Source: Candidatus Bathyarchaeia archaeon (lineage in GTDB: Archaea > Thermoproteota > Bathyarchaeia > Bathyarchaeales > Bathycorpusculaceae). From it: 64,000 bases of DNA. Made by a program: the position numbers and the translations under genes. Positions within the stretch are counted from its first letter, which is position 1; every line of letters starts with the position of its first letter. Location: contig JBEKHN010000007.1 of NCBI GenBank assembly GCA_050012255.1, positions 45,005 to 109,004 on the forward strand, read 5' to 3'. This document shows, in pieces, positions 10,391-21,078 of this stretch. The notes beneath the pieces were generated by a model, which searched no databases, was not told the DNA's origin, and worked only from the letters and a program-made list of their open reading frames with translations.

Positions 10391-10458
10391 ATCCCTTCGT
10401 CTTCTACGCACACTTGTTCATTAGGGTCTGAACAAGTACTTCTCAATGGAGGGTGAGA

Positions 10459-10716
10459 TTATCGTGCTTCTAGAACTTCGAGGACGTTCAAGATGGAGTT
10501 TATCCATCTGAGGTATGCGTTCAGAGACGCGCGCAACGCTACGGTGTCGTCGGCTTCAACACTCAGAACTAGGGACCTGTCTTCTTGCTTCAGGAGCGTT
10601 CGCGCTCGAGTGGTGGCCGGGTTTTTGGCTTCTGGCTTCAAGGAGTTGAGAACCGTTTGTAACTTTTCTTCTGAAGAGAACTTTAAACGTACGGTTGCTC
10701 TTGTCTTCACTGCCAA
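10459..10716 (-). CDS. pcc1: KEOPS complex subunit Pcc1
   Basis: SLKPE...VEADDTVALRASLNAYLRWI motif. Confidence 0.9.
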   Translation of the reverse strand: MAVKTRATVRLKFSSEEKLQTVLNSLKPEAKNPATTRARTLLKQEDRSLVLSVEADDTVALRASLNAYLRWINSILNVLEVLEAR

Positions 10717-10776
10717 GCTTCAAACCCACTGTTAATCGTAAAAACGGTTTTGGACAGAATAGTGAAGTGGGAGAAA

Positions 10777-11082
10777 TTAGGCGGCTTCTGTTTCTTCTTC
10801 TGCTGTTTTCATCGTCTCTTCGGCTGGTAATCCCTTGGCTGAACGTTTCGCTACTACGCCGAGTTTTGTGACTGGCGTGTAGGCCCCGCCCGTGTAGGTG
10901 AACCCGCACTTTCTGCACTTCCAGACGCCGACGCTTTCTCTCTTGACTCTGAGGAATCCGCATTGTGGGCACCGGTGAGGTTTTCTCATTCCTTCCATTA
11001 CTTTGATGTAGCGTTTTCTCACCGTGGAGCCGTAGCGAGGTCCCAGGCCTCGTGCGAGTCCGACTTTCTTAGTTCTCGGCAT
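10777..11082 (-). CDS. rpl37ae: 50S ribosomal protein L37Ae (eL43)
   Basis: RTKKVG...GPRYGSTVRKR, CPQCG...WKCRKCG...GGAYTP. Confidence 0.96.
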   Translation of the reverse strand: MPRTKKVGLARGLGPRYGSTVRKRYIKVMEGMRKPHRCPQCGFLRVKRESVGVWKCRKCGFTYTGGAYTPVTKLGVVAKRSAKGLPAEETMKTAEEETEAA

Positions 11083-11090
11083 GTGGGGTG

Positions 11091-11882
11091 TCACCAGTTC
11101 AGTTTCTTGCGCATTTCCTTGACCTTTTGTTCAATTATCTTCGCTGCTTCCAGCACTTGGCTCGGTTCGAAGTACCCACTGCCGCCCTTCTGTATCGCGC
11201 ATATGTGCCCATCGTCATCAATAGCCATTGAAATCCTTGCGTCCATGACCTGTTCCTCTTCTAGCAGCGGGTCAACGAGGAGCTTGTTCCCTATCTTCGC
11301 GACGGTAACTGTTATCGGCCGCTTGTTTATTGGAAGTTTTTCGTAGCCCGGTTTGATTTTGACTTCTCCTTCTTTGACTTCGTAGTTGGCCATTTTCGTG
11401 TTAAGCAAGGCGGCCACTGCGGCCAACGCTGACGCGTCTATGAGGTTTCCATCGTGGTTGAGAACGTAGATGTCCACGAAGACTACGAAGACCTTCTTTC
11501 CGGCTTCGATGACGAGTTTGTCTGTGTCGATGGCCTTTGACTCTCTTATTCCCCTGTCAACGATTCTTGCAAGTTCTATGGAGTCCTCGTCTGGTGGTCC
11601 TGCCTCGAAAGCCGGTGAGGCTATTGGCGTGAGTTCCGCGTTGACTGTCAAGACGCCTTCGTTAGGCGTGTCTGGAAACGGTTCGCCCATTTCGATCTTC
11701 ACTCCGACCACGACCTCTGTTTTGCCGAGGAGTACCCTGGCAGAGCCTTCAGCGCGTTCGATGATGCCTTGCTCGATTTTCATCTCGCGATAATCTGTCA
11801 GGTCGCGGCCGTCCATGCGTTTTTCTTTGTCTATCATTTCTGTAATCTGCTTCTGCTTTACACGCGTGAGGATTTGGGCCAT
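11091..11882 (-). CDS. rrp42: Exosome subunit Rrp42
   Basis: RNase PH fold: RMDGR...AEGSA...PFPDTPNEG...DGNLIDA. Confidence 0.96.
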   Translation of the reverse strand: MAQILTRVKQKQITEMIDKEKRMDGRDLTDYREMKIEQGIIERAEGSARVLLGKTEVVVGVKIEMGEPFPDTPNEGVLTVNAELTPIASPAFEAGPPDEDSIELARIVDRGIRESKAIDTDKLVIEAGKKVFVVFVDIYVLNHDGNLIDASALAAVAALLNTKMANYEVKEGEVKIKPGYEKLPINKRPITVTVAKIGNKLLVDPLLEEEQVMDARISMAIDDDGHICAIQKGGSGYFEPSQVLEAAKIIEQKVKEMRKKLNW

Positions 11883-12631
11883 TAATCTTCAGCCTCCTCC
11901 TTGATGTCTTCGCTAACGTTGACGTACTTCGTCTTCAGAGCCTCCTTCTGCATGGCGTAGATCTTTCTGCATCCCTCAAGGGCCATGTTAACAGCGGTCT
12001 CGAACTCTTCACGCGTCAGTAAGCCGTCCATCTGCAGAAGTGTCACAGCGTTCAGGTTGGGCATCAGAGCCACCGGGACGTCTGCAGAGCCCACTTTGTC
12101 CTCCGTGTCCATCAGGTCCAGCACCACCGTGTTGTCGATCTTGCCCGCTGCGCACGCTACGACGAGGTCCCTCATGGGAATTCCTGAATCGGCAAGGGCT
12201 AAGGCCGCGGCTGTTATGCTCGCGCATCTTGTTCCCCCGTCAGCCTGCAGCACTTCTATGAAAACATTTACCATTGTTCGGGGGTAGTACTCCATGAAGA
12301 CGGCGGGTTCAAGAGATTCTCTTATCATTTTTGAGAGTTCAATTTCCCTTCTTGAGGGTGCTGGCGATTTGCGTTCTTGCACAGAGAATGGTGCCATGTG
12401 ATAGCGACACTTTAAGACTGTTCGGTCTTGAAGTGCTAAGTGTTTAGGATGCACTTCTCTCGGGCCGTACACGGCTGCCAGAATCTTGTTTTTTCCATGT
12501 TCAACGTACGCTGAGCCGTCGGCGTTCGATATGACGCCGACTTCAAGCTTTACAGGCCTCAGCTCGTCTGGTTTTCTGCCATCCAGTCTTAGGCCTTTTT
12601 TGTCGATTAACTTTTCAGGTTTATCATTCAT
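11882..12631 (-). CDS. rrp41: Exosome subunit Rrp41
   Basis: [25 protein letters not shown]. Confidence 0.97.
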   Translation of the reverse strand: MNDKPEKLIDKKGLRLDGRKPDELRPVKLEVGVISNADGSAYVEHGKNKILAAVYGPREVHPKHLALQDRTVLKCRYHMAPFSVQERKSPAPSRREIELSKMIRESLEPAVFMEYYPRTMVNVFIEVLQADGGTRCASITAAALALADSGIPMRDLVVACAAGKIDNTVVLDLMDTEDKVGSADVPVALMPNLNAVTLLQMDGLLTREEFETAVNMALEGCRKIYAMQKEALKTKYVNVSEDIKEEAED

Positions 12632-13335
12632 TTCTTGTTTTCCTCCCTTTTTGATTTTTCTTCTCGAAGCATCTGGGTTATGCGGTCTGTTAGGCCGCTG
12701 GTATGTGACTCCTGTTCAATTTTAAGGATCGCTCTCAGCGCGAGCTCTTCGTCTTCTAATGTTTTCCCGGTGATCAGAACGACTCCGTTGAGTCCCAGGA
12801 TTATGTTGCATCCCGTTTCCTGCTTTATCATGGATATCATCGAGCCTTTTCTTCCGATCACACGTGGGATCTTCGTCGGTGTGATTTTGACTATTTGTCC
12901 ACGGGTGATCTTTCCCAATCCTGGTTCTGCAACGGTCAGCTGCGGGTCGTGTGTTCTGTCATAGGAGACTATTTTTGCAACCACAAGGTCTCCCGCGTCG
13001 AGCACTTGCGGCAGGTCGTCCTTCTGAGGCTTGAAAGGCCTGCTGAGGACGTCTGATGCTCTCAAGAGGGCGATGTATGGTGAGTTTATGTCCACTGTCC
13101 ACCCGTTGAATCCGACCTCTGTGATCGTTCCTATGACTATGTCTCCCGCTCTTGGGATGTAGAAGGCTTTTAGGGCCACTACGTCCACTCTCTTGTTTTC
13201 GATTTCAATTATTCCGACGCGCGCTGCGTAGATTTTGTTGTTTTCTACGAACGTGTTCTCTCCGGCGATGTACTCGCCTTCTGCGATCAAGTCTCCAGGG
13301 GTCACAAGTTGTTTTCTTTCCAAAAGTATTGGCAT
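12628..13335 (-). CDS. rrp4: Exosome RNA-binding subunit Rrp4
   Basis: VTPGD N-terminus, S1 domain, KH motif [10 protein letters not shown]. Confidence 0.96.
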   Translation of the reverse strand: MPILLERKQLVTPGDLIAEGEYIAGENTFVENNKIYAARVGIIEIENKRVDVVALKAFYIPRAGDIVIGTITEVGFNGWTVDINSPYIALLRASDVLSRPFKPQKDDLPQVLDAGDLVVAKIVSYDRTHDPQLTVAEPGLGKITRGQIVKITPTKIPRVIGRKGSMISMIKQETGCNIILGLNGVVLITGKTLEDEELALRAILKIEQESHTSGLTDRITQMLREEKSKREENKK

Positions 13336-13363
13336 ATTCTACACCTGACCGTTCATAAAACTC

Positions 13364-14053
13364 TTAGCGAACTATTCTTGCTTCCCCGCTTCCTTTGGTT
13401 ACTTCACCGAGTTTATCTAGGAAGGGGGCGTAGGTACCTGCGGGCATCTCCACAATGCCGTACCATGAGCCATCTGGGCGCCATTCTTCGTGTTTGATCG
13501 TTCCGAAGCCCTTGATAGACCCGTAAGCTCTTACTGAGTACGCTGCCGGAATCGTGACGCCCAGCGATATTTGCTCCATTTTAAGTGGCAGAATAGCTCG
13601 CAACGCCTTGATTATCTCCTTTGCCTGCTCTTCCACGGGCTTGAATGGATCTATCGAATAGCGCACCTGTTCCATGGCGTTTTCTATCCGTGCAGGCGGG
13701 TGCGGAAGGTTTGTCTTGGGGTCAACGCTCTGCCTCGATATGAAGTCGACGATCTGTTTCCTCTTGTCCTCGATCATCTTTCTCCGTTGCTCTGTCGTAA
13801 GCTGCAAAGTTCCCTTGGTCAGTATCACTTCTGCTATTTTCAAGGCGTCAGTCGTGTCAAACGCTTTGCGCAGGTTTTCCTCTGAAGCCCTCGTGCCCTT
13901 GTTCGCGTCTGAAAATATCGTTTCGGCAGCCAAGACCTCGGTTACCGAGGCCGTTTTCCCCATGCGGTAGTCTAAGGCCTTCTGGGGTTTAACGAGGACC
14001 TCAAAGTGTTCGTTGTCCTTTGTCATGCGTGCAACGGTGTACTTATCACTCAT
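13364..14053 (-). CDS. Ribosome maturation factor SBDS/Sdo1
   Basis: HFEVLV...IFSDANKG...LQLTTEQRR...PHPPARIENAM. Confidence 0.95.
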   Translation of the reverse strand: MSDKYTVARMTKDNEHFEVLVKPQKALDYRMGKTASVTEVLAAETIFSDANKGTRASEENLRKAFDTTDALKIAEVILTKGTLQLTTEQRRKMIEDKRKQIVDFISRQSVDPKTNLPHPPARIENAMEQVRYSIDPFKPVEEQAKEIIKALRAILPLKMEQISLGVTIPAAYSVRAYGSIKGFGTIKHEEWRPDGSWYGIVEMPAGTYAPFLDKLGEVTKGSGEARIVR

Positions 14054-14060
14054 CGATGTT

Positions 14061-14789
14061 TCACTTGCCCACGCCTAGCTCTTTCATGATGGCATCGACT
14101 TTCTCGTCGCCCAGAATCTCGATCTTCTTGGTCTCCAATGGGATCACTGCTACTTTCACTCTTGGAGGAAGCTGCCTTGCTTCCAGGGCTTTTGCTAGGC
14201 ATTTCACGGCAAGCTTTGTGGCTTCTTTGAGGTCCATTTCTTCCTTGTACTCTTCTTTCAGTATGTTGAAGACTGTTTCTCTTCCAGCGCCCTCTGCTCT
14301 TGCCTTGTATCCTCTGTACGTTCCGCTTGGGTGGGTTCCGAACACGCGGCTTCCAGTCTTGTCGACACCAGCAAAGATCATAGAGACTCCGAAGGGTCTC
14401 ACGCCCGCGTGTTGCGTGTAGAGCTGTTTTATGTCACATATCCTCTTGGTCACGACTTCCGTGTCGATCGGCTCGTCGTACGTAAGCTTGTTCGATTGAG
14501 CGTAAACCCTGGCCTGGTCAATCAGTATGCGCGCATCTGAGCTCAAGCCCACTATGCCCGCGCACACGTGGTCGTCTATCTTGAAGATCTTCCAAGAGTA
14601 TTCTGATTCTTCAAGGGGGTCCACAGTCTCTTCCGCTCCCAAAACGGCTCCCCCTGAGCAGCGGACGGCTAAAATCGTAGCTCCACGGTTGACCAACTCC
14701 ATCGCGTATTCAACTTGAAAAAGCCGGCCGTCTGGTGAAAAAACAGTTATGGCACGGTCGTATGCGCCTGGTGCTGCAAATACGGACAT
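14061..14789 (-). CDS. psmA: Proteasome alpha subunit
   Basis: YDRAITVFSPDGRLFQVEYA signature. Confidence 0.98.
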   Translation of the reverse strand: MSVFAAPGAYDRAITVFSPDGRLFQVEYAMELVNRGATILAVRCSGGAVLGAEETVDPLEESEYSWKIFKIDDHVCAGIVGLSSDARILIDQARVYAQSNKLTYDEPIDTEVVTKRICDIKQLYTQHAGVRPFGVSMIFAGVDKTGSRVFGTHPSGTYRGYKARAEGAGRETVFNILKEEYKEEMDLKEATKLAVKCLAKALEARQLPPRVKVAVIPLETKKIEILGDEKVDAIMKELGVGK

Positions 14790-15179
14790 TCATGCATTCC
14801 TCACAATCTATCCTAATCTATTGCAGTCTTTCATACGACAACTAAACTAAAAACCTTTCCTATCTGAAACTCTTTTAATCTGAGTCCATATTTCAGCCTT
14901 CGAACGATCCTGCTTCATGTTGCCAAAAGCATGTTATGCGCGCAAAGACCGTATTCTTGTCGACTTGCTGTTCTTTCCGCGAAAGAACGCGATTTCTGAA
15001 TCGGTTCTCTGGAGTCCATGAAAACTGGGCTCCATCTAAGCGTGAACGCGAGCTACGTCTTCCTTTTCTTGATTTTCCAAACCAGTGGTATCCTACTCAA
15101 TGATCGAGGTGCGTGGGCTCTGAGCCGATAAACAAAGTGTATAAGCAAGATTTGTCTGTTTGTTCTTTCAGGGAAGGAG

Positions 15180-15506
15180 TTGGACAGGAAGGCTAGGTTC
15201 TGGTTAGGTTTCCTTTTTGTCGTTGTCATGTATTCGCTTCCCATTGCCGGTTTTGCGTATGCTAGATGGGTTTGGCCCTTGGCATTTGTCCTAGGGGCCT
15301 TCGGCTTTTCGATTTACATGGTGTATCGGATGACGATCAAGAATATCAGACTGAAATATCCCATTGTGTCCCCTGAAGGGCACCCGGACATCTATACTGG
15401 ACGCATGCCTAGACCCATATACGAGGACATGCAACGATTCCCTTGGTTCTTCAAGAAGAAGCGAACCAAAAAACTCGGCAGCAAAAAAATCAAAAAGAAA
15501 AAATAA
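15180..15506 (+). CDS. Small membrane protein with two TM helices and Lys-rich tail
   Basis: TTG start after GGGAAGGAG; two hydrophobic segments; C-terminus KKKRTKKLGSKKIKKKK. Confidence 0.6.
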   Translation: MDRKARFWLGFLFVVVMYSLPIAGFAYARWVWPLAFVLGAFGFSIYMVYRMTIKNIRLKYPIVSPEGHPDIYTGRMPRPIYEDMQRFPWFFKKKRTKKLGSKKIKKKK

Positions 15507-15522
15507 CGCTTACTCTGGCGAA

Positions 15523-16749
15523 CTATTCTCTCCAGTCCAGAAGTCTCTTCTCGCCCTCAAGCTTCTTTATGTCCGTCAAGTCCTGTGTGACTTCCATCGT
15601 TCCAAGATATTTTCCGCTCTTATCTCTAACCGCGAAGTATCTGATGTGAACGAAGCGACCGCCCATCGTGATCCAGAATTCAGCAGAATCTTTCCTGCCT
15701 TTTTTGAAGGCATCCACGATCTTGTTCACTATGTGGACGCTTTTCTGCGGGTGGCACATCTGCACTTTTCGGCCGATGACGGCCTTTGTGCGCACGAAGA
15801 TCCTCTTTTCAGCCTTGTTGAAGTACTTCACGCTGTCATTCCTGTCAACGAACGATATGTCTACGGGAAGCGAGTCAAGAATAGCCTCAACTTCTTCTTT
15901 TGAAAGGCTTCCGGTCTCAAACTTCAGTGTTTCCTCAGTCAAGGGTTCCGCTTTGCCTCTTGGCTCTTCTACCTGCATTCTCACCGTTGCGGCTGGAGGT
16001 GTGAAGCAGCAGTAGCCTATCTCGTCGAACTCTTTCCTAGCCTCTTCCCACTCTTCGATCGAAACTGATTCCAGAGCCGCTGGGAACAGTATGTTGTTTT
16101 CTTTGTAAAAGTGAGATGGAAGCAGGCTGCATAATGGTTTCGTCGCGTCGCTCAGTCTTTTCTTGAACTCTTCGTAAGTCATGGTGTTCCATTTTTCAAC
16201 AAGGTTGGTGAACTTCTTCTTGACCTCTCTTATCTTGTCGTGTTCCATCCACATGATAGCCGGAGGTTCTGTGATTCCGTGCTTCTCTACCATGGGAAAG
16301 AGGACGTTCTCCTCCCTCAGGTAATGTTTTTCCGAGTCCTGAAATTCCTTTGCTATGCTTTGCAGTTCAGTCAAGACGTCTCCAACGTAAACGGAGTCGC
16401 ACGCCTCTTCAACCATGCCCAAAAGCGTCTCCAGTCTCTCAGCGCGTTGAAGCATAATACTGTGCTCTTCAATGAGAATGCTGATGGGGTGTCCACGCGG
16501 AATGTGCAACTCCTGCTCCTGCAGTTGTTCGCCGAAGATTGCCATGTGTATGTCACAGAGCTTCTGCAGTTCTTCGCGTGGCATTCCTTCCTTGACAAGT
16601 TCCTGTTCAACCTTGACGATGTCCTCGGAGGTTACGCCCTTGAGGGCTTCTCTGAACTTTTCTTTTACCTCCTCCGGCCGTGCTCCTCCCGGTAACTGCT
16701 TGATTATCTCTTTCAACAGCTTTTTCTTAGCTTCATCCATCCCACTCAT
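15523..16749 (-). CDS. DUF438 / hemerythrin-like / PAS domain protein
   Basis: LCDIH, GHPI..L.EEH, HYLREENVLFP, MWMEHD, C-terminal PAS with CHPQKS. Confidence 0.9.
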   Translation of the reverse strand: MSGMDEAKKKLLKEIIKQLPGGARPEEVKEKFREALKGVTSEDIVKVEQELVKEGMPREELQKLCDIHMAIFGEQLQEQELHIPRGHPISILIEEHSIMLQRAERLETLLGMVEEACDSVYVGDVLTELQSIAKEFQDSEKHYLREENVLFPMVEKHGITEPPAIMWMEHDKIREVKKKFTNLVEKWNTMTYEEFKKRLSDATKPLCSLLPSHFYKENNILFPAALESVSIEEWEEARKEFDEIGYCCFTPPAATVRMQVEEPRGKAEPLTEETLKFETGSLSKEEVEAILDSLPVDISFVDRNDSVKYFNKAEKRIFVRTKAVIGRKVQMCHPQKSVHIVNKIVDAFKKGRKDSAEFWITMGGRFVHIRYFAVRDKSGKYLGTMEVTQDLTDIKKLEGEKRLLDWRE

Positions 16750-16819
16750 ACTGTTTGCACCTTCTCAGAATGCTAGATTCACTCATTACGGGTATTAAAA
16801 CGATAGCGGCCCAGATCTT

Positions 16820-18007
16820 CTAGTCTTCTTCCTTGATTTTCTTTGCAAGAATCTTCCCATACTCGACTATCTTGTTGATGTCGGTTTCTGTCGGTGGACC
16901 ATTGATCTCTAGTGTTCCAACGATTTCCATTTTTGTTGGTCCCAGCGTTTCCTGAATGTGTTTTATCGCCCCTCCGCTCCAGCCATACGAGGTGAGCACG
17001 ACCGCAAACTTTGTCGGTGGACGAAGGACCCTTGCCAAGTACGTCGCGTACATAGCTAGCGGGTGAGCGCCGCCGAGCACTGTGGGGGCGCCTAGGACAA
17101 TTGCTCGAGAGTCAACCAAGTCTCTTGCCAATTCACCTATGTCTCCAACGGCCAAGTTGTGCTTTGCCACTTCTATTCCTTCAGAGGCTAAGGTATCTTC
17201 AATCGCTTTGACCATTTTCTCTGTGCTGTTCCACATGGTCGCGTAGACTATGATCGTCTTCTGTCTGGTTTCTCCGTTCACCCATTTTCGGTAAGCAGAC
17301 AGAATTCGTTCTGGGTTTCTGTGTATGGGCCCGTGGCTCGGTGCGATCATGTTGATCTCTAGGTCTTTGATTTTTTCCATGCCTTTTTGGGCGTTGAATC
17401 TGAAGGGCATCATGATTTCGCCGAAATACTTCTGGGCGAATACGAGTAGATCTTCTATTTCATCGTCGAACAGTCCCTGTGCGACGTGTGAACCGAAGAA
17501 GTCACATGGAAACAGGGTCTTGTTCTCTGGAAGGTAAGTGAACATTGTTTCGGGCCAGTGAAGCATCGGGGCCTCGATGAACCTCAGCGTCTTGCCACCA
17601 AGATCCAGCGAATCTCCGTTTGCAACGGCCTTTATCCTGTTTTCAGGCACCTTGTAAAAGACGCGTGCCATCTTTGCCCCCTGACTCGTGGTAACGAGAA
17701 TGGCCTTGCTGTTGATTGACATAATGTGCGGAATTGAGCCTGCGTGGTCAGGTTCGGCATGGTTCATTATAACGTAGTCGACGTCAGCAGGGTTCACAAC
17801 TTTGCTGATTTTTTCTTCCCATTCCTTTTCAAAACCCGGATTGACAGTGTCAATCACCGCCTTTTTTGCAGTTCCGATCACTAAATATGAATTGTATGTT
17901 GTCCCTCTGGGAAGCGGAATCAACGCGTCGAAGAGTCTTCTGTTATAGTCTCTTATGCCTACCCAGTAGACTTCTTTAGAGATTTCAGCAACGTTTCTCC
18001 AACTCAT
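16820..18007 (-). CDS. fprA: Flavodiiron protein (FprA family)
   Basis: GTTYNSY, NHAEPDHAGS, LHWPETM, IAPSHGP; C-terminal flavodoxin domain. Confidence 0.95.
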   Translation of the reverse strand: MSWRNVAEISKEVYWVGIRDYNRRLFDALIPLPRGTTYNSYLVIGTAKKAVIDTVNPGFEKEWEEKISKVVNPADVDYVIMNHAEPDHAGSIPHIMSINSKAILVTTSQGAKMARVFYKVPENRIKAVANGDSLDLGGKTLRFIEAPMLHWPETMFTYLPENKTLFPCDFFGSHVAQGLFDDEIEDLLVFAQKYFGEIMMPFRFNAQKGMEKIKDLEINMIAPSHGPIHRNPERILSAYRKWVNGETRQKTIIVYATMWNSTEKMVKAIEDTLASEGIEVAKHNLAVGDIGELARDLVDSRAIVLGAPTVLGGAHPLAMYATYLARVLRPPTKFAVVLTSYGWSGGAIKHIQETLGPTKMEIVGTLEINGPPTETDINKIVEYGKILAKKIKEED

Positions 18008-18088
18008 TTTTTCACCTTCAAGTGGATATGACGATTGTAATAAAGTATATTTATGCCTTTCTACAACTACTAGTCGGAAGCCTCGTCA

Positions 18089-18487
18089 ATGTCTGTTCCA
18101 TGCGAAGTTGCCGTCAAATGCGTCTTGCCAGTAGTCCGCGCCATGATAGCCAAGGAGCTCATGGCCAACTACGGGCTTAGGCAGGTTGAAGCGGCCAAGC
18201 TCCTCGACGTCAGCCAGCCAGCCATAAGCTTGTACTGCAGAAACATCAGGGGAAAGGCCATCGATTTGGAGAATGACCGTGACGTTAAGCGTTTGGTGGC
18301 CAACATGTCCGCGTCATTAGTTAAGGAAAGTTCTTCGCATCGGGACTTGATCGTCATGTATTGTGGAGTGTGCAGGACGATCAGGGCAAAGGGTTTGCTG
18401 TGTAAGCTGCATAAGACCTTTGACCCGTTGGTCGACATTGAGAAATGTGAGCTTTGCGTGGCCAGCGAGTCTGTTAGGTGTGTCTAG
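18089..18487 (+). CDS. Cys-rich HTH transcriptional regulator
   Basis: PCEVAVKCVLPVVRAMIA...QVEAAKLLDVSQPAISLY HTH; CxxC clusters; divergent from fprA. Confidence 0.85.
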   Translation: MSVPCEVAVKCVLPVVRAMIAKELMANYGLRQVEAAKLLDVSQPAISLYCRNIRGKAIDLENDRDVKRLVANMSASLVKESSSHRDLIVMYCGVCRTIRAKGLLCKLHKTFDPLVDIEKCELCVASESVRCV

Positions 18488-18551
18488 CGAAGCGCGCGCC
18501 ATTTGAATGAACTGCAAATCTTATATGGCGATCCTTCTCAAGTTGTAAGCG

Positions 18552-20291
18552 ATGATTTCCATGTTGAAACGAGACGGCGCTTTGAAGAATTGGGTTGATA
18601 TCCTACGTCATGTTGGTTTTGTCCTGCTTGCATTATCACTGGCAGTCTCTCTGATATTCTGTTTTTCATCAAGGTTTTCTGTTAGCGCGCAGACCGATGA
18701 GGCCTTGGCAGTCATGTATTCGCCGGTTCTCCACTTCACGCAGAGCTAGAAATTCTATCCTACGACTGTTGATTAAATCATTTCTAGGTCTATGCTCGTA
18801 CGCCATTCAGACATGGTCGTCATTAACAGCGCCCCTACAGCTGGCACTTTGGGGCTTGACACTTCCTCAGACCTGCTCCTGAATAACACGCTGGGAACGC
18901 TGGATGCGATAGCAGCAGATTATGCTTTGGAAGCGAAAAACAGTGGGTACTACGCCTACGTTCATGTTGTCACCAGCGGCTCATCAAAAGTGATTCAGTA
19001 CTGGCTGTTCTATGCTTACAACAACGGTCCTTTGAATGACCATCAGGGAGACATCGAAGTCATAGAATTGTTCTTGAATTCTAGCACCCCGCAGACTTTG
19101 CTGTGTTCTCAGCACTTTGCCGGTGAGAACGCGGGTTGGGGTGACGTGGGAAAAGTAGACAATCATCCTGTGGTTTACGTTGCACAGGGTTCCCATGCAA
19201 ATTACTTCAGACCTTACCAAGGTAAGATAGGGCTTGAGAACGACAATGTAGGAGGTGATGGCATCACCGTAACCTTTAACGCATCTACACTTGTCATGTT
19301 GCAAAACTAGGGCTGGCTGAATTTTGCTGGAAGATGGGGCTACTGGGGCACAGCAGAGGAGGTTGCCCTCGGAATGGCAGGTCCCTTAGGACCTGTTTTC
19401 AACCAGGACATGATCAGATGGGCTCAGCCTGATACCTACCTCGGCATGACTTTTGGTGTCGGTGGCCTCTACTTCATGCTTGCTTGGCTAGTCGCCAACT
19501 TCCTCTTGCTGTTCATCATCTACGTTGCAGTCAGAGGCGGATGGAAAACCTACGGCATAGTAAAACTGAAGAGAAAGGGTGGCCTGCTTGTGAAAAAGTT
19601 CTTGAAAAGCCGCGGTGGCCCTTCGATGATGCTGGGGATCGCCGCGATAGTGATAACTCTCATAGCGCTTTTCCTGCCATGGTACACAATAAGTGCATCG
19701 TCGGACACGAGTCCTCTGGCTAAACAAGGCGGTGTAACGCTCATGACCATCAACGGAATCAGCGGCTTGCAGGTAAACATGTTCATCGGCAGCGGTGAAT
19801 CAACGTCTGGCTTCAGAAACTTGTTCTCCGCACAATTTCCGTTCTTACTGATATTCCTAGCCGGCCTCGTTCTGTTAACCCTCGACATCATAGGCGTCAA
19901 GAGCTACAAGAAGCTCGGGAACAAATTTATCTTTGGAGCGATCACGTCGCTTTTTCCGTTCATACTGATCTTTGCTTTCATAAAGATTCTGCCGACGTTC
20001 CTGCCTTGGGCTTCAGCCCTGGTGCCGGGTCAGCAAATTCCGCCACAAGTCGACACGACGGTTCATGCAGTAGCAGAAAATCCGATCTATGGAACAAACA
20101 GCCAAACCTTCCCAGTCGTCGGCTACACAACAGTGTCTTGGGGTTTCGGCATAGGAGCCTACCTCTTCCTAGTCGCGGGCTTCATAATGCGAAGCACCTC
20201 TGAACTTCAAGCAACGCCTACACAACCGTCTCCGCCCCCAAAGTCTTCGTCACCTTCGCCTCCTCCTCCGCCCCCTCAGCCGAAGTCCTAA
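18552..20291 (+). pseudogene. Vps62-like extracellular domain plus multi-TM protein with Pro-rich tail, three in-frame stops
   Basis: ORFs at 18552, 18792 and 19374 share one frame, joined across TAG 18747, TAA 18774 and TAG 19308. Motifs YSPVLHF...KFYP, QYWLFYAYN...HQGDIE, HPVVYVAQGSHANY, WLNFAGRWG. Confidence 0.8.
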
Positions 20292-20374
20292 TCCAAAATG
20301 ATCAATGTCGAAGGCCAGTTTCAGATAGAATTTTATCCTCCAAAAGAGTTTCCGAAGGTTAGAGTGACCGAAGA

Positions 20375-20932
20375 ATGAAGGTCGTGGGCATAGTTGGTAG
20401 TGCAAGGCTGGGAGGAAACACTGAGATTTTGACTCGTATAGCGCTGGAGGAAGTGCAGAAGGAGGGGCTTGAAACGGAACTAGTGAGCTTGGCAGGAAAG
20501 AAAATAGAGCCTTGTGATGGGTGCAGAAGTTGTTCGAAAACTGGCAAATGTCACATCAGAGACGATTTTGAATCCATCTTCAAAAAGATGAAAGAAGCCG
20601 ATGGGATCATACTTGCCACTCCAGTCTACTTCGGTGCAGCCACGCCGCAAATAGTCAGCCTGATCAGCAGATTCTACAGTGCACGCGGAAAACCGTTGAA
20701 AAACAAGGTGGGCGGACCGATCGTTGTCGCCCGTCGAGCTGGGCACAATTTCACTCTTGCGCAGCTCATGTTCTTCTTCATGATCTCTGAAATGATCGTT
20801 CCCGGCTCATCATATTGGACCGTGGCCTTTGGCCGCTCAAAGGGAGATGTTCTGAAAGACGAGGAAGGAATTAACACGGTCAAAGACTTTGGGCAAAGAC
20901 TTGCTTGGCTGATAAAGAAGATCAATGCGTAG
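20375..20932 (+). CDS. Iron-sulfur flavoprotein / NADPH-dependent FMN reductase family
   Basis: GSARLGGNT, CDGCRSCSKTGKC, ATPVYFG. Confidence 0.9.
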   Translation: MKVVGIVGSARLGGNTEILTRIALEEVQKEGLETELVSLAGKKIEPCDGCRSCSKTGKCHIRDDFESIFKKMKEADGIILATPVYFGAATPQIVSLISRFYSARGKPLKNKVGGPIVVARRAGHNFTLAQLMFFFMISEMIVPGSSYWTVAFGRSKGDVLKDEEGINTVKDFGQRLAWLIKKINA

Positions 20933-21078
20933 AGTACGTTTCGGTCGCACTTTCGATCACAGATTGATGTGATGAGCAGTACATTGTTTCCGAGATGTCG
21001 CCAATGTTATTCACATGTAAGAACGTCGAAGAAGCGCGTGCGTTGAGTTCTTGTCTCGAAATGGTCAATGCCGAGTTG

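Noticed and set aside
10215-10446. Small conserved ORF encoded by the dispersed repeat
   Set aside because: Copies A and B share no start and have stops at different positions; peptide similarity follows from DNA similarity.
10716-10777. rpoP missing after rpl37ae in the superoperon
   Set aside because: Gene order varies among archaea; it is probably located elsewhere and cannot be judged from this window.
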